Shown: positions 20,603 to 31,624 of the stretch, piece after piece
Position numbering within the stretch: position 1 is the stretch's first letter
How the letters are laid out: every line of letters starts with the position of its first letter
Source: Thermodesulfobacteriota bacterium
Lineage (GTDB): Bacteria; Desulfobacterota_D; UBA1144; Nemesobacterales; UBA2774
Direction of reading: 5' to 3'
DNA: 64,000 nucleotides
Assembly: GCA_965223335.1 (NCBI GenBank)
Contig: OZ244991.1
Location: forward strand, 224,001-288,000
Program-made: the position numbers and the translations under genes
Notes under the pieces: generated by a model
The model's database searches: none
The model's input: only the letters and a program-made list of their open reading frames with translations
What the model was told of the DNA's origin: nothing

Positions 20603-20791
20603 TTAGTAGTTGCTAACCATGACTGGCACGTCGCAAGTTTTTTATTGAATCATACTCACCGATGATTACTTTAATAATAGAGTCTAATAATTACCAGAAA
20701 CTAGATATTTGATGGTAAATTTTATTAGCAGACATACTAGGGATCAATTCTTTATTGCATTCAGAATATTTGAGTATAGGTATCTTTGGTT

Positions 20792-21787
20792 ATGCAGCAA
20801 CAGATAAAAGATTACTACAAGATCCTGGGCATCGATAAAAACGCCTCGAAAGACGATATTAAAAAGGCGTATCGCAAGCTCGCCAGAAAATACCACCCCG
20901 ACCATAACCCCGACGACAAGAAGGCCGAAGAAAAGTTCAAAGAGATACAGGAAGCAAACGAGATCCTATCGGATGACGACAAGAAATCGAAATACGATAT
21001 GCTGCGCTCAAGCGACTACCGCCCGGGTGGATATCGCAGACCCGGAGGGCCATACGGTCCGGGCAGACCCGGAGGACCCCAATACGATATGTCGGGAGCC
21101 GATATCTCGGGCTTGGAAGATATATTCAAGGACATATTCGGTTCCACCGCAAACGACGGCCGCACGTCCAAAAGCCGCGGCGACGCGTTTAAAGATATAT
21201 TCGGTTTCGGTGGCAAATATTCCCCCGGCAGTGCGAGGAACCTTGAGTATCAGATCGAAATCGACTTTGAAACCGCCATTAAAGGCGGGGTGCGCGATAT
21301 TACAATCAACAGACAGAAAGAAGGCAAAGTCACAACTGAAAAGATATCTGTCAAAATCCCCGCAGGCGTGGATAACGGCTCTAAGATCAGAGTACAGGGA
21401 AAAGGCGAGACCGGCAGAGGCAAACGAGGTGACCTCTTCCTCAGGATCAAGGTTAAACCGCACCCCATATATAGACGTGAAAAAGACAATATTTACATGA
21501 ACCTCCCCATAACATACTACGAGGCTATACTCGGGGGCAAAGTCGAGGTCCCCACCCTAGACGGCACGGCTACAGTCACCATCCCTCCCGGGGTGCAAAG
21601 CGGCTCTAAGCTAAGGTTGAAGGGCAAGGGTGTAAAGAACGTGAAAACAAAGAAAAAGGGCAACCAATACGTTGTTGTGGAAATCGTTATGCCCAATAAA
21701 ATTAGTGAGATCAACAAGAAGATGCTCGAGGAACTGGCTGAATCCGACCCCTACAACCCGCGAGCTATACTAAAAAAATATATGTAA
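20792..21787 (+). CDS. Class B J-domain chaperone (DnaJ/CbpA-like, no zinc finger)
   Basis: DYYKILG, HPD motif, G/F region, two C-terminal substrate domains, no CxxCxGxG repeats. Confidence 0.9.
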   Translation: MQQQIKDYYKILGIDKNASKDDIKKAYRKLARKYHPDHNPDDKKAEEKFKEIQEANEILSDDDKKSKYDMLRSSDYRPGGYRRPGGPYGPGRPGGPQYDMSGADISGLEDIFKDIFGSTANDGRTSKSRGDAFKDIFGFGGKYSPGSARNLEYQIEIDFETAIKGGVRDITINRQKEGKVTTEKISVKIPAGVDNGSKIRVQGKGETGRGKRGDLFLRIKVKPHPIYRREKDNIYMNLPITYYEAILGGKVEVPTLDGTATVTIPPGVQSGSKLRLKGKGVKNVKTKKKGNQYVVVEIVMPNKISEINKKMLEELAESDPYNPRAILKKYM

Positions 21788-21844
21788 CAATACCGAATGA
21801 TATATAATACTAATCACCACTAACCCCAGAAGGAGCAATAAGAT

Positions 21845-22129
21845 ATGACTGAAAAAACAAAGAAACCCGATGAAAACAACGCGATTGCTATGGACTTCTC
21901 GGCCTTTATACTGTCACTAAACGCATCGTCGCTCATACACCTGGGTGAAATCCCCGACCCCCAATCCCGAGAGAGAACCGTAAACGTCCCCGCCGCAAAA
22001 CACACGATTGAGATACTTGAAATTTTGCTTGATAAAACCAAGGGTAATCTCGACGAAGAAGAAGGTAACCTGCTAAACGATATAATTTACAACCTGCGTA
22101 TGAAATACCTACAACACACTAAGTCGTAG
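21845..22129 (+). CDS. DUF1844 domain protein
   Basis: LIHLGEIPDP...AKHTIEILEIL..KTKGNL..EE..LL...LRMKY. Confidence 0.85.
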   Translation: MTEKTKKPDENNAIAMDFSAFILSLNASSLIHLGEIPDPQSRERTVNVPAAKHTIEILEILLDKTKGNLDEEEGNLLNDIIYNLRMKYLQHTKS

Positions 22130-22143
22130 GGAACAAATCCACT

Positions 22144-22869
22144 CTACAGACCCGTATCCTCAACACCCTCTACTATCTGGTTCATGTTACTCTGGACCCC
22201 CTGCACATACTCAGCACCCATAATATCTTCCAACGATCTAAGCCCTTTGGACACGATAGGAGGTCTATTGGTAGTGGAGTGCGCATCTGATGCTACAATA
22301 TGAAGTGCGTCCAGCTTTGCAAGCTGCATAGCACATTTTTTAGCACTTCTCCCATGAAGACCCTCGAGGCTGCCGGCTGTAACCTGTACTAGCGCCCCCA
22401 ACCTGGTCAACTGCAGGATCCTAGACGGATAGTTCTGAAACTCCCTGTTTCTCTCGGGGTGCGCCAGCACTACCTTAGTACCCTGGCTCTCCAGAGAAAA
22501 TATTATATCTTCCAGTCCGTAAGGCAGTGTGTAGTGCGGGATCTCGAGCAATAGGTACTTACCCTCGCCGAGCGTTATAATGTCCCCGTTAGCCAAGAGC
22601 TCTGGCAGATTGGCGGTAATGCCGATCTCCATCCCGGGCAGCACCTTGAGTGGGATGCTGTTTTGCTCCAGCCGAGTGTTTAGCTCAGCTACAAGCTCCC
22701 TTATCCGGTCAGTTTCCGGCTCCCAGTTGGTCCCCTGAATCCAGTGCGGAGTGGTAATGGATACCTTAATCCCGTCGCCGGACGCGATCCTTGCCATCTC
22801 GACACTCTCGTCCCATGACTTTGGCCCATCATCCACGTTTGGGAGGAGGTGGCAGTGAATATCTACCAT
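22144..22869 (-). CDS. PHP-family protein-tyrosine phosphatase (CpsB/CapC/YwqE)
   Basis: DIHCHLLPNVDDG, TPH, AHPERN, ASDAH. Confidence 0.92.
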   Translation of the reverse strand: MVDIHCHLLPNVDDGPKSWDESVEMARIASGDGIKVSITTPHWIQGTNWEPETDRIRELVAELNTRLEQNSIPLKVLPGMEIGITANLPELLANGDIITLGEGKYLLLEIPHYTLPYGLEDIIFSLESQGTKVVLAHPERNREFQNYPSRILQLTRLGALVQVTAGSLEGLHGRSAKKCAMQLAKLDALHIVASDAHSTTNRPPIVSKGLRSLEDIMGAEYVQGVQSNMNQIVEGVEDTGL

Positions 22870-22943
22870 CTATAAACACCAAGGATAAATATAGTAAATA
22901 AAGTCTACTGTGATTTACACCTGAGAACAACTTTATTATAATT

Positions 22944-24452
22944 ATGAACTCAGACGATCTGATTAACAGACGAAAAGTTATGAAACAACCCAGACCGAGA
23001 CCCCCGGATTTAATCAAACATTTCAAAAAGTTACGCATAATTGTAGTGGGCGATGTGATGCTCGACACATATGTGTGGGGCAGCGTAGACAGGGTCTCGC
23101 CCGAGGCCCCAGTGCCTGTGCTAAATGTGGTTGAGGAGACTTCAACCCTGGGCGGTGCGGCCAATGTAGCCAAAAACCTTTTAACACTCGGACCAAAAGT
23201 AAAACTTTTCGGCACAGTCGGCAAGGATCATAACGGCGAGTTGATATTAGACATCATGAAAGACCAGGGGCTATCGACCAAGGGAATCGTAAGAGACCGT
23301 GATAAGCCCACTGTATCTAAAACGCGACTCATATCCAAAAATAATCAAATCGCCAGAATTGATAGAGAAGACATCACCCCGGTTTCAACAGAGATAGAAA
23401 AGAGTCTTTTTACCAAGCTCCAAAATTACATAAAAAAAAGAAGACCCGATGCGCTTATCATCTCGGACTACGCAAAGGGCACTATGAGCCCCACACTCAC
23501 AAAAAAAATCATAAAACTCGCACGATCGAACAAGATATTTGTTACCGTTGACCCCAAGGGCATGGATTACGCCAAATACCGCAATGCCGATGTGATAACC
23601 CCGAACACAAACGAAGCCGAAGCCGTCGTGGGCTATCCTATAGACAACACCCGAGCCCTCAGAAGAGCTTCTAAGGAGCTTATGGACCTGACACAATGCA
23701 AAGCAGTGCTGATCACTATGGGGAAAAAGGGCATTAGCCTCTTTGAAAAAGGTAATCGAATTAAAGTAATCGACTCCGACTCTGTAGATGTGTTCGATGT
23801 AACAGGTGCCGGAGACACCGTAGTAAGTGTGTTTACAATAAGCTTTCTGGCTTCTAAATCTATGGAACATGCCGTATCGGCTGCAAACAAGGCAGCGGGG
23901 CTTGTTGTGAGCAAAGTAGGTACGGCAAATCTAAACCCCGAAGACCTACTGGTACGACTTAACGCAGACAACACAAGCCTCGAAGTAAAAAACTACACCC
24001 GACAATCTTTAACCACAGCCATTTCCGGTTTAAAAGCCGATGGAAAAACCATAGTATTTACAAATGGTTGCTTCGACCTGCTCCACACCGGTCATATAAA
24101 ACTCCTAAACGAGGCCAAGCAACTGGGCGATGTACTCGTGGTGGCCATAAACAGCGACAGTTCAGTTAGAAAGCTTAAAGGCAGTAATAGACCATATCTG
24201 AAAATAGAAGACAGAAAACGGATTCTATCCTCACTCGAATCCGTTGATTATGTGGTCGAGTTCAGCGAAGACACGCCGCTTAACCTTATCCGCTCTCTAC
24301 GCCCCGACATAATTGTGAAGGGAGGGGACTACACAGTAGATAAGGTCGTGGGTAAAGATATAGTGGAGAGTTACGGCGGCAGGGTACATATCGTAGAGCT
24401 AAAGGAAGGGGTCTCGACAACCAAGATTGCAAAGCGGATTTCTAAGACCTGA
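22944..24452 (+). CDS. hldE: Bifunctional D-glycero-beta-D-manno-heptose-7-phosphate kinase / heptose-1-phosphate adenylyltransferase
   Basis: VVGDVMLD, SPEAPVPV, DVTGAGDT; FTNGCFDLLHTGH, VKGGDY. Confidence 0.95.
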   Translation: MNSDDLINRRKVMKQPRPRPPDLIKHFKKLRIIVVGDVMLDTYVWGSVDRVSPEAPVPVLNVVEETSTLGGAANVAKNLLTLGPKVKLFGTVGKDHNGELILDIMKDQGLSTKGIVRDRDKPTVSKTRLISKNNQIARIDREDITPVSTEIEKSLFTKLQNYIKKRRPDALIISDYAKGTMSPTLTKKIIKLARSNKIFVTVDPKGMDYAKYRNADVITPNTNEAEAVVGYPIDNTRALRRASKELMDLTQCKAVLITMGKKGISLFEKGNRIKVIDSDSVDVFDVTGAGDTVVSVFTISFLASKSMEHAVSAANKAAGLVVSKVGTANLNPEDLLVRLNADNTSLEVKNYTRQSLTTAISGLKADGKTIVFTNGCFDLLHTGHIKLLNEAKQLGDVLVVAINSDSSVRKLKGSNRPYLKIEDRKRILSSLESVDYVVEFSEDTPLNLIRSLRPDIIVKGGDYTVDKVVGKDIVESYGGRVHIVELKEGVSTTKIAKRISKT

Positions 24453-24467
24453 CAGCAATAAAAATAA

Positions 24468-25226
24468 TTACATGCAGATTGAAGACAGGTATTTGTTTGC
24501 GTTCACCCCGAGCTCTGAGACCGGAGACAATTTCACCACGGTTCTAAAGGACTCACAAGCCTTTAGATTCTCACCTTGTTTGAGGTATGCCAATCCCAGA
24601 TTATAGTGCGCTTCATCGTATGCAGGATACCCAGCTATAGCGTTTTTAAACTCAGCTATAGCCTCTGCATCGCGCCCGGTGGATAAGTACAGCTTTCCCA
24701 ACTCATTATGTGCATACACAAACGCAGGGTTAAGAGAGAGCGCTTGCTCGTAATACTCTTTTGCTTTATTTATATTGCCCTTATTGAAGTAGGCCACTCC
24801 AAGACTGGTCAGTGCCCTGGGTCTTGCTCTATAGAGTGAGTCCGATGAAGCCACGGAGCACTGCTCGATGGCCTTATCGTACTCCTGGGTCCTTAGATAA
24901 AGCCCGCACAGGTTATACCTGGCTTCTGAGTATTTGGGATTAAGTGATATTGCTTTTAGGTAAGAATTGGCAGCCACCGGATAATCTTTAAGCCCAAAAT
25001 AAATCAAGCCCTTGATCATATAGACCTCGGGGTCCTGGTTGTTCATAGCCTCTGCCTCTTCAATCTCCTTCATGGCCTGTTGGAAGTTCCCCCTACGCAA
25101 AGAAGCAACCGACAGAGCTTTCTGGTTCTCATAGGCCTTTGATTCCTCTTCCGTTGTCGTTGATTTACCCCCGCAAGAGACTCCCCCGATCAATAGCAAA
25201 ATCAATATAAGTATCTTTTTTCTCAT
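24468..25226 (-). CDS. TPR lipoprotein (PilF/PilW-like)
   Basis: Lipobox GVSC; multiple TPRs. Confidence 0.75.
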   Translation of the reverse strand: MRKKILILILLLIGGVSCGGKSTTTEEESKAYENQKALSVASLRRGNFQQAMKEIEEAEAMNNQDPEVYMIKGLIYFGLKDYPVAANSYLKAISLNPKYSEARYNLCGLYLRTQEYDKAIEQCSVASSDSLYRARPRALTSLGVAYFNKGNINKAKEYYEQALSLNPAFVYAHNELGKLYLSTGRDAEAIAEFKNAIAGYPAYDEAHYNLGLAYLKQGENLKACESFRTVVKLSPVSELGVNANKYLSSICM

Positions 25227-25233
25227 AACGAAC

Positions 25234-26136
25234 TCATTCCAGATGCGATAATCTCATAAATGCGTGGAACCTGGTTTCAATCTCCTCCGTTCTAAGTGAT
25301 GCTATTCTGTTGACGCTAAAATCCTCCACTGTAAAAGATGCAATCACACTACCATACACGACCGCCTTTTTAAAACCGGTAAGGTCCGTCACGTTACGGC
25401 CCGAAATATATCCCATAAACCCGCCTGCAAAAGTGTCGCCAGCCCCAGTGGGGTCAATCACCTCCTCAAGCGGATAACTGGGCGCCCAGAATATCCCCCC
25501 GTCATAAAACATCAGCGCCCCGTACTCCCCTCTCTTTACTATAAGGAATTTTGGGCCCATTTCCATCACCACTCTGGCTGCCCGTGCGATACTGGGCTCA
25601 CCCGCAAGTGCTCGCGTCTCAGAGTCATTGATAAGAAGTATATCCACGTACTGCAGGACCTCTCTCAGTGCCTCGGGCTTATTCTCGATCCAGTAGTTCA
25701 TTGTATCGCAGGCCACAAGCCTGGGTCTATTCACTTGTTTCAACACGCTTAACTGCAGTTCGGGGTCGATATTTGCCAAGAATACATACTCTATGTTTTT
25801 ATAGCTATCGGGAATAATGGGGTCAAAATTTTCAAATACATTTAGATACGTGCCCAACGTGTCGGGATCCGCAAGGTCATAACCATAGCGGCCTTCCCAT
25901 TTGAATGTTTTCCCATCGCCCCTTGTAACACCCTCAAGCCCTATCTGCTTGGAACGAAAAAGCTCCATATGTTCTTGGGGAAAGTCCTCGCCCACCACTG
26001 CTACGACGTTCACCTGTGTGAACAGCCGTGCAGCCAGCGAGAAATAAGAAGCCGAGCCCCCAAGCACATTATCAGCCTTCCCAAACGGTGTTTCAACATC
26101 ATCAAGGGCCATCGAGCCCACTACAAGTACTTTCAT
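25234..26136 (-). CDS. PfkB/ribokinase family kinase
   Basis: VVGSMALD, GGSA, DPTGAGDTFAGG. Confidence 0.92.
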   Translation of the reverse strand: MKVLVVGSMALDDVETPFGKADNVLGGSASYFSLAARLFTQVNVVAVVGEDFPQEHMELFRSKQIGLEGVTRGDGKTFKWEGRYGYDLADPDTLGTYLNVFENFDPIIPDSYKNIEYVFLANIDPELQLSVLKQVNRPRLVACDTMNYWIENKPEALREVLQYVDILLINDSETRALAGEPSIARAARVVMEMGPKFLIVKRGEYGALMFYDGGIFWAPSYPLEEVIDPTGAGDTFAGGFMGYISGRNVTDLTGFKKAVVYGSVIASFTVEDFSVNRIASLRTEEIETRFHAFMRLSHLE

Positions 26137-26990
26137 TTTACATACCGTCCTATCAATATACCCAATTGTTGTTTGTCCGAAATCGATATCTCTTCGCTTG
26201 GTGTAATGATCGCATCACGAAGGGCACTGGCACATACACACTGCCTGCTCCCTTGTATAATCCCCGGCACACTCGCTATGACCTCTTTAGCCAGCGATAC
26301 GTTTTTGTTAAGTGTTTCGATAAGATCCTCGACCGTTACATCGTCGTGCTCGGTGTGCCAACAGTCATAATCCGTAGAGAGCGCAAGTGTAGAATAGCAA
26401 ATCTCGGCCTCACGGGCAAGCTTGGCCTCGGGCATGTTTGTCATGCCTATCACATCCACCCCCCAACTCCTGTACAGATTACTCTCGGCCCTTGTGGAGA
26501 ACTGAGGCCCCTCGATACATATATAGACCCCGCCCCTATGCACAATGGCCCCGTGTTCGGACGAGGCTTTATAGAGTGCCTCTGCTAGGACCGGGCACAC
26601 GGGATCAGCCATAGAAACATGCGCCACAACACCACTGCCAAAGAAGCTGGACTGCCTGGATTTTGTGTGGTCGATGAACTGTTTTGGTATTACCACGTGG
26701 CCGGGCTCAATATCCTCACGCATACTCCCCACTGCACTTACCGATACTATCCACTCCACTCCCAGGGTCTTGAGCGCATAGATGTTAGCCCTGTAGTTTA
26801 TATCCGAGGGCATGATCTTGTGCCCTTTACCATGGCGGGGTAAAAACACCATGCGAGTGTCACCCAGGGTGCCGGTTACGAGTTCTCCCGAGGGTTTGCC
26901 CCAAGGTGTATCAACAGAAACCTGCTCGATATCGCCTAGCCCCTCGATCTCGTATAAACCGCTGCCGCCTATTATCCCGATCGTTTTCAT
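26133..26990 (-). CDS. mtnP: S-methyl-5'-thioadenosine phosphorylase
   Basis: IGIIGGSGLY, FLPRHG, NYRANIYAL, EGPQFSTRAES, IGMTNMPEAKLAREAE, TDYDCW; start placed at ATG 26990. Confidence 0.94.
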   Translation of the reverse strand: MKTIGIIGGSGLYEIEGLGDIEQVSVDTPWGKPSGELVTGTLGDTRMVFLPRHGKGHKIMPSDINYRANIYALKTLGVEWIVSVSAVGSMREDIEPGHVVIPKQFIDHTKSRQSSFFGSGVVAHVSMADPVCPVLAEALYKASSEHGAIVHRGGVYICIEGPQFSTRAESNLYRSWGVDVIGMTNMPEAKLAREAEICYSTLALSTDYDCWHTEHDDVTVEDLIETLNKNVSLAKEVIASVPGIIQGSRQCVCASALRDAIITPSEEISISDKQQLGILIGRYVK

Positions 26991-27054
26991 TTGCACCTCT
27001 TCGGATTTGGGCACTTAACCTAACATTGTTAGAACTAACGGTCAACAATAACTG

Positions 27055-27711
27055 TCAACCGGGGTCTACTGGCCTCACCACAATTACGAGCCTCTCGCTA
27101 TTGTTAAATGGAAGCCGGAGCTCGTCTCTCTCCATGACCTCAAAACTCCGCAAGATACCAGCAGGCAGTTCACTTAACTCTTGGGCACCCTTTTTACCCC
27201 TCATCAATATGATCTTACCACTTGGTTTTAGATACGGAGTGCTTAGCTTAATCATGGTTTCTATATCAGCCAGAGCCCTTGAGATTACGACATCAAACGA
27301 TTCTGCGCTCAGTTGCTCTAAATCCTCACCCGCCCTACCCCACAGAGCCTTTATATTCGAGAGCCCAAGCTCCCGTATGACCTCGCGCATAAAAGAAACC
27401 TTTTTATGAACAGAGTCTATTAACGTAACATCCGCACCCTCTATTATTATTTTTATAGGTATACCCGGAAAACCGGCCCCCGATCCTATGTCGAGCACCC
27501 GGTCGGTCGGGTCTACATATTTTAGTGCTGTGATTGAATCCAAAAAGTGGTTGATGACAATCTCGTTGCTATCTTTTGTGCCGGTAAGGTTAAATTTCTT
27601 GTTCCATTTATCGAGTAGATCTAAATAACGGAGGAAAGCGTCGGTTTGAGCCGCGTCGAGCTCTACACCAAGCTCATCTGCACCCTGTTCAAGCAACTCT
27701 CTCGGTTTCAA
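27055..27711 (-). CDS. rsmG: 16S rRNA m7G527 methyltransferase
   Basis: WNKKFNLT, HFLDS, DIGSGAGFPGIP, SRA. Confidence 0.94.
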   Translation of the reverse strand: MKPRELLEQGADELGVELDAAQTDAFLRYLDLLDKWNKKFNLTGTKDSNEIVINHFLDSITALKYVDPTDRVLDIGSGAGFPGIPIKIIIEGADVTLIDSVHKKVSFMREVIRELGLSNIKALWGRAGEDLEQLSAESFDVVISRALADIETMIKLSTPYLKPSGKIILMRGKKGAQELSELPAGILRSFEVMERDELRLPFNNSERLVIVVRPVDPG

Positions 27712-28517
27712 TTGAGCACCCTAAGCGATATCGGGTGTTCTATGGTCAACATCGGTTTCCCTCGATACATGCGCACTCTGCCAATGGCCTCTACATCCTT
27801 GCCAAAATAATGAGTAAAAGGATCGATATCGAAAAACTCAAAGTTGTCTAAGTCTGAGTTGTAAATTATTAACTCCACATCATCTCCTATCTCAAGTGCC
27901 ACAACATTGTCGTTTGCCCTGGTGTCGGTAATGTTACCCCTGAGTACCACTAGCCTGTCTACATAGCGAGAAGCGTCTTTGGGCTTTATAAGAAATTTGC
28001 TGTTCCCCCCAGGCGGTGCTATTTGGTCTATAGGGCCCCAGATACCCCTTTTCTGCTCCTTTGCACTCTGCTCGGCCTCATAAAGAGAGTCGGCATAAAG
28101 ATCATTGGGCTCGATGACAAGCACCCTGGCGTTACCGGTTCTAACCAGCTCCTCGCTTAGGGAAACCCCGTCCACATACACATAGGCAAGGAGTCTTCCA
28201 TAGCGGTCATACTTCTGTTTATCAAAACGCAGCTCTATATCCTTACCCCCGACCAGCTTTTTGTTTAGCTCCCATGACTCGAGTGACATCGGTTCCCCAG
28301 GTGCGTCCTCAAGCGGGATCTCGGGCGCATCTATACCCAGGTACCTGACCTTTGAATTCGAAGGATCATTAATGAGGATTGTATCGCCGTCTATCACCTG
28401 CACAACCCTATAGGACTCGGTTTCCGTATGCGGTGGGCGGGTGTCCAAGTAATACCCAAGTGCTACTAGAGCCAGTGCCAAGGCTATAAAAACTAGGTTT
28501 CTATGAAAAGGTTTCAT
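27708..28517 (-). CDS. Thermonuclease (SNase) family protein with C-terminal OB-fold-like domain
   Basis: VIDGDTI, VRYLGIDAPE, DRYGRLLAYVY, AKEQKRGIW. Confidence 0.9.
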   Translation of the reverse strand: MKPFHRNLVFIALALALVALGYYLDTRPPHTETESYRVVQVIDGDTILINDPSNSKVRYLGIDAPEIPLEDAPGEPMSLESWELNKKLVGGKDIELRFDKQKYDRYGRLLAYVYVDGVSLSEELVRTGNARVLVIEPNDLYADSLYEAEQSAKEQKRGIWGPIDQIAPPGGNSKFLIKPKDASRYVDRLVVLRGNITDTRANDNVVALEIGDDVELIIYNSDLDNFEFFDIDPFTHYFGKDVEAIGRVRMYRGKPMLTIEHPISLRVLN

Positions 28518-29329
28518 TCCTCGTCATCCGCTTGTTTAGGTTCGTCTGTGTTCAAATCAAGCGCAACGTTTGCTTTACGCCCGAATGTAAGAAACCCCGT
28601 GTGACTGACCATCCGATCCACGGGCCTCGTCTTCCCCGTGCTCACACGAATTGGCCTCATTAAAAGCTCAACCGTTTCAATGTACACAAACCCATGCTCC
28701 CGAAGGCTCTCCACAGCCCTCTCGACCTGATTATAAGTAGGCGAGAGGCTTGCTATCCTGCCCCCTCCCCTAAGTGCATCTTTAGCTGCAGGGATTCCCC
28801 ACCACGGCGACGGGAGGTCAAGCACCACTACATCTACATCGCTTTCATTAAACCCCTCATCGACCTCGCGCAAGTTAAAATCTACATGTTGGGCCAGTCC
28901 TGCGTTCTCAACGTTTAACCTCGCGTTATCTAGGAACTTCTCTCGACGATCGTAAGTGTAGACCCTCCCCCCGGGGGCTACGGCATTGGCAAGGGCTATT
29001 GTAAGTGCTCCCGAGCCCGCGCCGCATTCTATTACACTCATACCGGATGTAATCCCAGTTTTTAGCACGATAAGTGCGGCGTCCTTAGGATAGATGATCT
29101 GAGTGTGCCGCTTTACCTTCATCATCTTGTCCTCGAGCGTGGGCTCGAGCAACAAGAACCGATGCCCCATGTTAGTAAATATCGCGTCGCCATACTCCTT
29201 TTCGAGTGCGTCATCAAAACTAAGCTCGCCCAAATGAGTGCCCATAGACCGGCCCTCCCTCACACGTACCAGATAGGTCTTTTCATCCGGGGAGTAAAGC
29301 AACACATAGTCGTCGCTTTTTATTTTCAT
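28514..29329 (-). CDS. trmI: tRNA (adenine-58-N1)-methyltransferase, GCD14/TrmI family
   Basis: TQIIYPKD, IECGAGSGALT, LDLPSPW, MVSHTGFL. Confidence 0.92.
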   Translation of the reverse strand: MKIKSDDYVLLYSPDEKTYLVRVREGRSMGTHLGELSFDDALEKEYGDAIFTNMGHRFLLLEPTLEDKMMKVKRHTQIIYPKDAALIVLKTGITSGMSVIECGAGSGALTIALANAVAPGGRVYTYDRREKFLDNARLNVENAGLAQHVDFNLREVDEGFNESDVDVVVLDLPSPWWGIPAAKDALRGGGRIASLSPTYNQVERAVESLREHGFVYIETVELLMRPIRVSTGKTRPVDRMVSHTGFLTFGRKANVALDLNTDEPKQADDEE

Positions 29330-29371
29330 ATGTCCGCAATGTTAAATAAATTTGTGGTTGTTATCAAGCAA

Positions 29372-30520
29372 CTACTCGGGCTCAAGCAGCATAAAAAATA
29401 CGAATCCACACAACACCACAACACCGGTAACTACATACATCGTATCGTACCCATAATCACGAGCTATCACTCCGAGAGGGAAAGCCAAAAAGTTTATACC
29501 CATGCTAAACGATGCATTAAATGCCCCCATGGCCTTGCCACGCTCATCAGGACGTGCCTTATCAATGACCATGGCGCTAAAGACCGGGTAGAGCAGACCG
29601 TAACCGAAACTAAACAGAAACGAGATCAGCACAGCCGTAAGCACAGAGTCAACGAGCATCATCAAGATAAGCGAGATCCCGACCACTAGAATGCTGGGGA
29701 GTGCTATAGCACGCCTGCCAATTCGGTCCGAGAGCCTGCCGCCCAGAATTCTTATGGATGTAACCACTATTGTGTAGGTTAGGAAAAAACTAAAAGCCAC
29801 TATCCCCTTTGAGCGCAGATAGGGTGCGACAAAATTTAGAATCGACCCGAGCCCACCGGCTATGATCAGGTTTGTGGCAAGCAGAGCCGCATATCTCTTA
29901 GAGACAACGAGCCTAAAAAAGTCGAACCCAAACCGGTCGGAGGACAACTCGAACTCACCGTCTTCAGTAAACAAAACCAGTACCAGTGCAATTAAACTGA
30001 ACCCGGACGAGAATATAAAAAACACCTTGAAACCCAGGCTAAGAAGTATTACCTCTCCCAACGAGGGCCCAATAGCGTACGCGGCAATTGTAAAGGCACC
30101 AAATATACCAAGCCCCTGCGCCCTCCTATTTGCCGGCACATAATCCGACACAAACGTACCGGCAGAGGTAAAAAACAGGGCAAACCCAACACCCTGCAAC
30201 AAACGGTAAACATAAAATAGATCACCTAATGCACTTAACCGCGAGTAGCTTATGGACGCCACAAACATAATCGCAGCACCCAGGAGCATGAATTTTTTCC
30301 TGCCGTACCGATCCAAAAGATAGGCTACAAACGGGATAGCGCCCAGCGAGGTAATACCGAACGAACCCATTATAAAACCGATTTTAGCCTCATCCCCTCC
30401 CAGGCTCTCGATGTAAAGCGGTAGGAGAAAAAATGACGAGAAATTACAAAAGAAAAAGAAATTAGCAACTGTGGCAAGTGTAAAATTCCTTAGCTGCTTT
30501 GGGGTGAGAGATGAAATCAT
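29372..30520 (-). CDS. MFS transporter
   Basis: About 12 TM segments; DRYGRK and SDRIGRR motif A. Confidence 0.92.
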   Translation of the reverse strand: MISSLTPKQLRNFTLATVANFFFFCNFSSFFLLPLYIESLGGDEAKIGFIMGSFGITSLGAIPFVAYLLDRYGRKKFMLLGAAIMFVASISYSRLSALGDLFYVYRLLQGVGFALFFTSAGTFVSDYVPANRRAQGLGIFGAFTIAAYAIGPSLGEVILLSLGFKVFFIFSSGFSLIALVLVLFTEDGEFELSSDRFGFDFFRLVVSKRYAALLATNLIIAGGLGSILNFVAPYLRSKGIVAFSFFLTYTIVVTSIRILGGRLSDRIGRRAIALPSILVVGISLILMMLVDSVLTAVLISFLFSFGYGLLYPVFSAMVIDKARPDERGKAMGAFNASFSMGINFLAFPLGVIARDYGYDTMYVVTGVVVLCGFVFFMLLEPE

Positions 30521-30604
30521 ATCATGCCCGAGAGTGTCTATTTAAACCTGAATTCATGGCTGATTACAATGAGTTGCGTAAATATGAAATCATACACAGA
30601 ATCT

Positions 30605-30632
30605 TTGACAATGTATAACGACATGATATTAT
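30605..30632 (+). promoter_or_regulatory. Sigma-70 promoter of the tRNA-Lys/Glu pair
   Basis: TTGACA-16 nt-TATTAT with extended -10 TG. Confidence 0.55.
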
Positions 30633-30646
30633 TTACCCTTCGAATC

Positions 30647-30719
30647 GAGCCGTTAGCTCAGTTGGTAGAGCAGCTGCCTTTTAAGCAGCGGGCCGCAGGT
30701 TCGAATCCTGCACGGCTCA
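30647..30719 (+). tRNA. tRNA-Lys (TTT); CCA not encoded
   Basis: GAGCCGTTAGCTCAGTTGGTAGAGCA-GCTGC CTTTTAA GCAGC-GGGCCGCAGGTTCGAATCCTGCACGGCTCA. Confidence 0.95.
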
Positions 30720-30731
30720 TTCGCTTTTCCC

Positions 30732-30806
30732 GTCCCCGTCGTCTAGCCTGGCCCAGGACACCGGCCTTTCACGCCGGTAACAGGGGTTCAAATCCCCTCG
30801 GGGACG
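30732..30806 (+). tRNA. tRNA-Glu (TTC); CCA not encoded
   Basis: GTCCCCGTCGTCTAGCCTGGCCCAGGACA-CCGGC CTTTCAC GCCGG-TAACAGGGGTTCAAATCCCCTCGGGGACG. Confidence 0.95.
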
Positions 30807-31076
30807 CAACTAACTTTTTAGCATAAAATCATCCTACACTACTCCATCGAGTTGAGCTCTAACCTACACTATTTATTGATTTATCTTGATATTGTTAAGA
30901 ACTGTAAATATTAGAGTAACGGTATGTTTAAACACTAAGCGAGATCATGATAAGCCCCCCGAGAGGAACCGCAATCATTGTCGTCACAACGGGAATGTGG
31001 TTTTAAAAAGAGAGCTGGAACTTCAACTCCACAGGTTTTCAAATGTAATTGATGAGGTAGGAGGTCTAGTTCTACA

Positions 31077-31571
31077 CTACAGGCCTTTTAGTATTTCAGC
31101 TCTTTTGCTTGCGTATTCAGCGTTGGTAATGAGACCCTGGGCTTTGAGCGTATCCAGTTCTTGTAGCCTGGCTGCAGTACTAGAGCTATTGCCCGAGCCC
31201 TGGTAAGCTTGGTTATATAACCTTGATCTTTCTTGCTGCTGCGACTGGATAATTGCATTTCTGTTTTTGAGTTCCGCTTTAACCCGCATCTTCTCCCACT
31301 CGAGTCTCTCTTTTTCATAACGGGCTTGACGCTGTTTTGCTCGGGTCTTTCTCCGCTGGGCCTTGGATGCTCCTACAGCAAGCCCAGTACCCCCGCCCAG
31401 CACGGCTCCCACTGCTGCTCCGTCTCCCCCACCGGCAATCCCGCCTATCACAGAGCCCAGTACCGCACCTCCAAGTGCCTCCCCCCATGGGCCAGCATTA
31501 GCCGAATACCCCGGTAATAACATCGACACACATACTGCTATGATGACTGTTATGATTCCTAATCTCCGCAT
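31077..31571 (-). CDS. Secreted glycine-zipper protein with C-terminal SHOCT domain
   Basis: Signal peptide; GGAVLGSVIGGIAGG..GAAVGAVLGG; RLQELDTLKAQGLITNAEYASKRAEIL. Confidence 0.85.
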   Translation of the reverse strand: MRRLGIITVIIAVCVSMLLPGYSANAGPWGEALGGAVLGSVIGGIAGGGDGAAVGAVLGGGTGLAVGASKAQRRKTRAKQRQARYEKERLEWEKMRVKAELKNRNAIIQSQQQERSRLYNQAYQGSGNSSSTAARLQELDTLKAQGLITNAEYASKRAEILKGL

Positions 31572-31624
31572 TACTACTGCCTCCTAATCACAGGGTTTTT
31601 GTGAACACCGCTAACTCCGTACAT

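Noticed and set aside
30524..30826. 100-aa ORF
   Set aside because: Translation through tRNA-Lys and tRNA-Glu.
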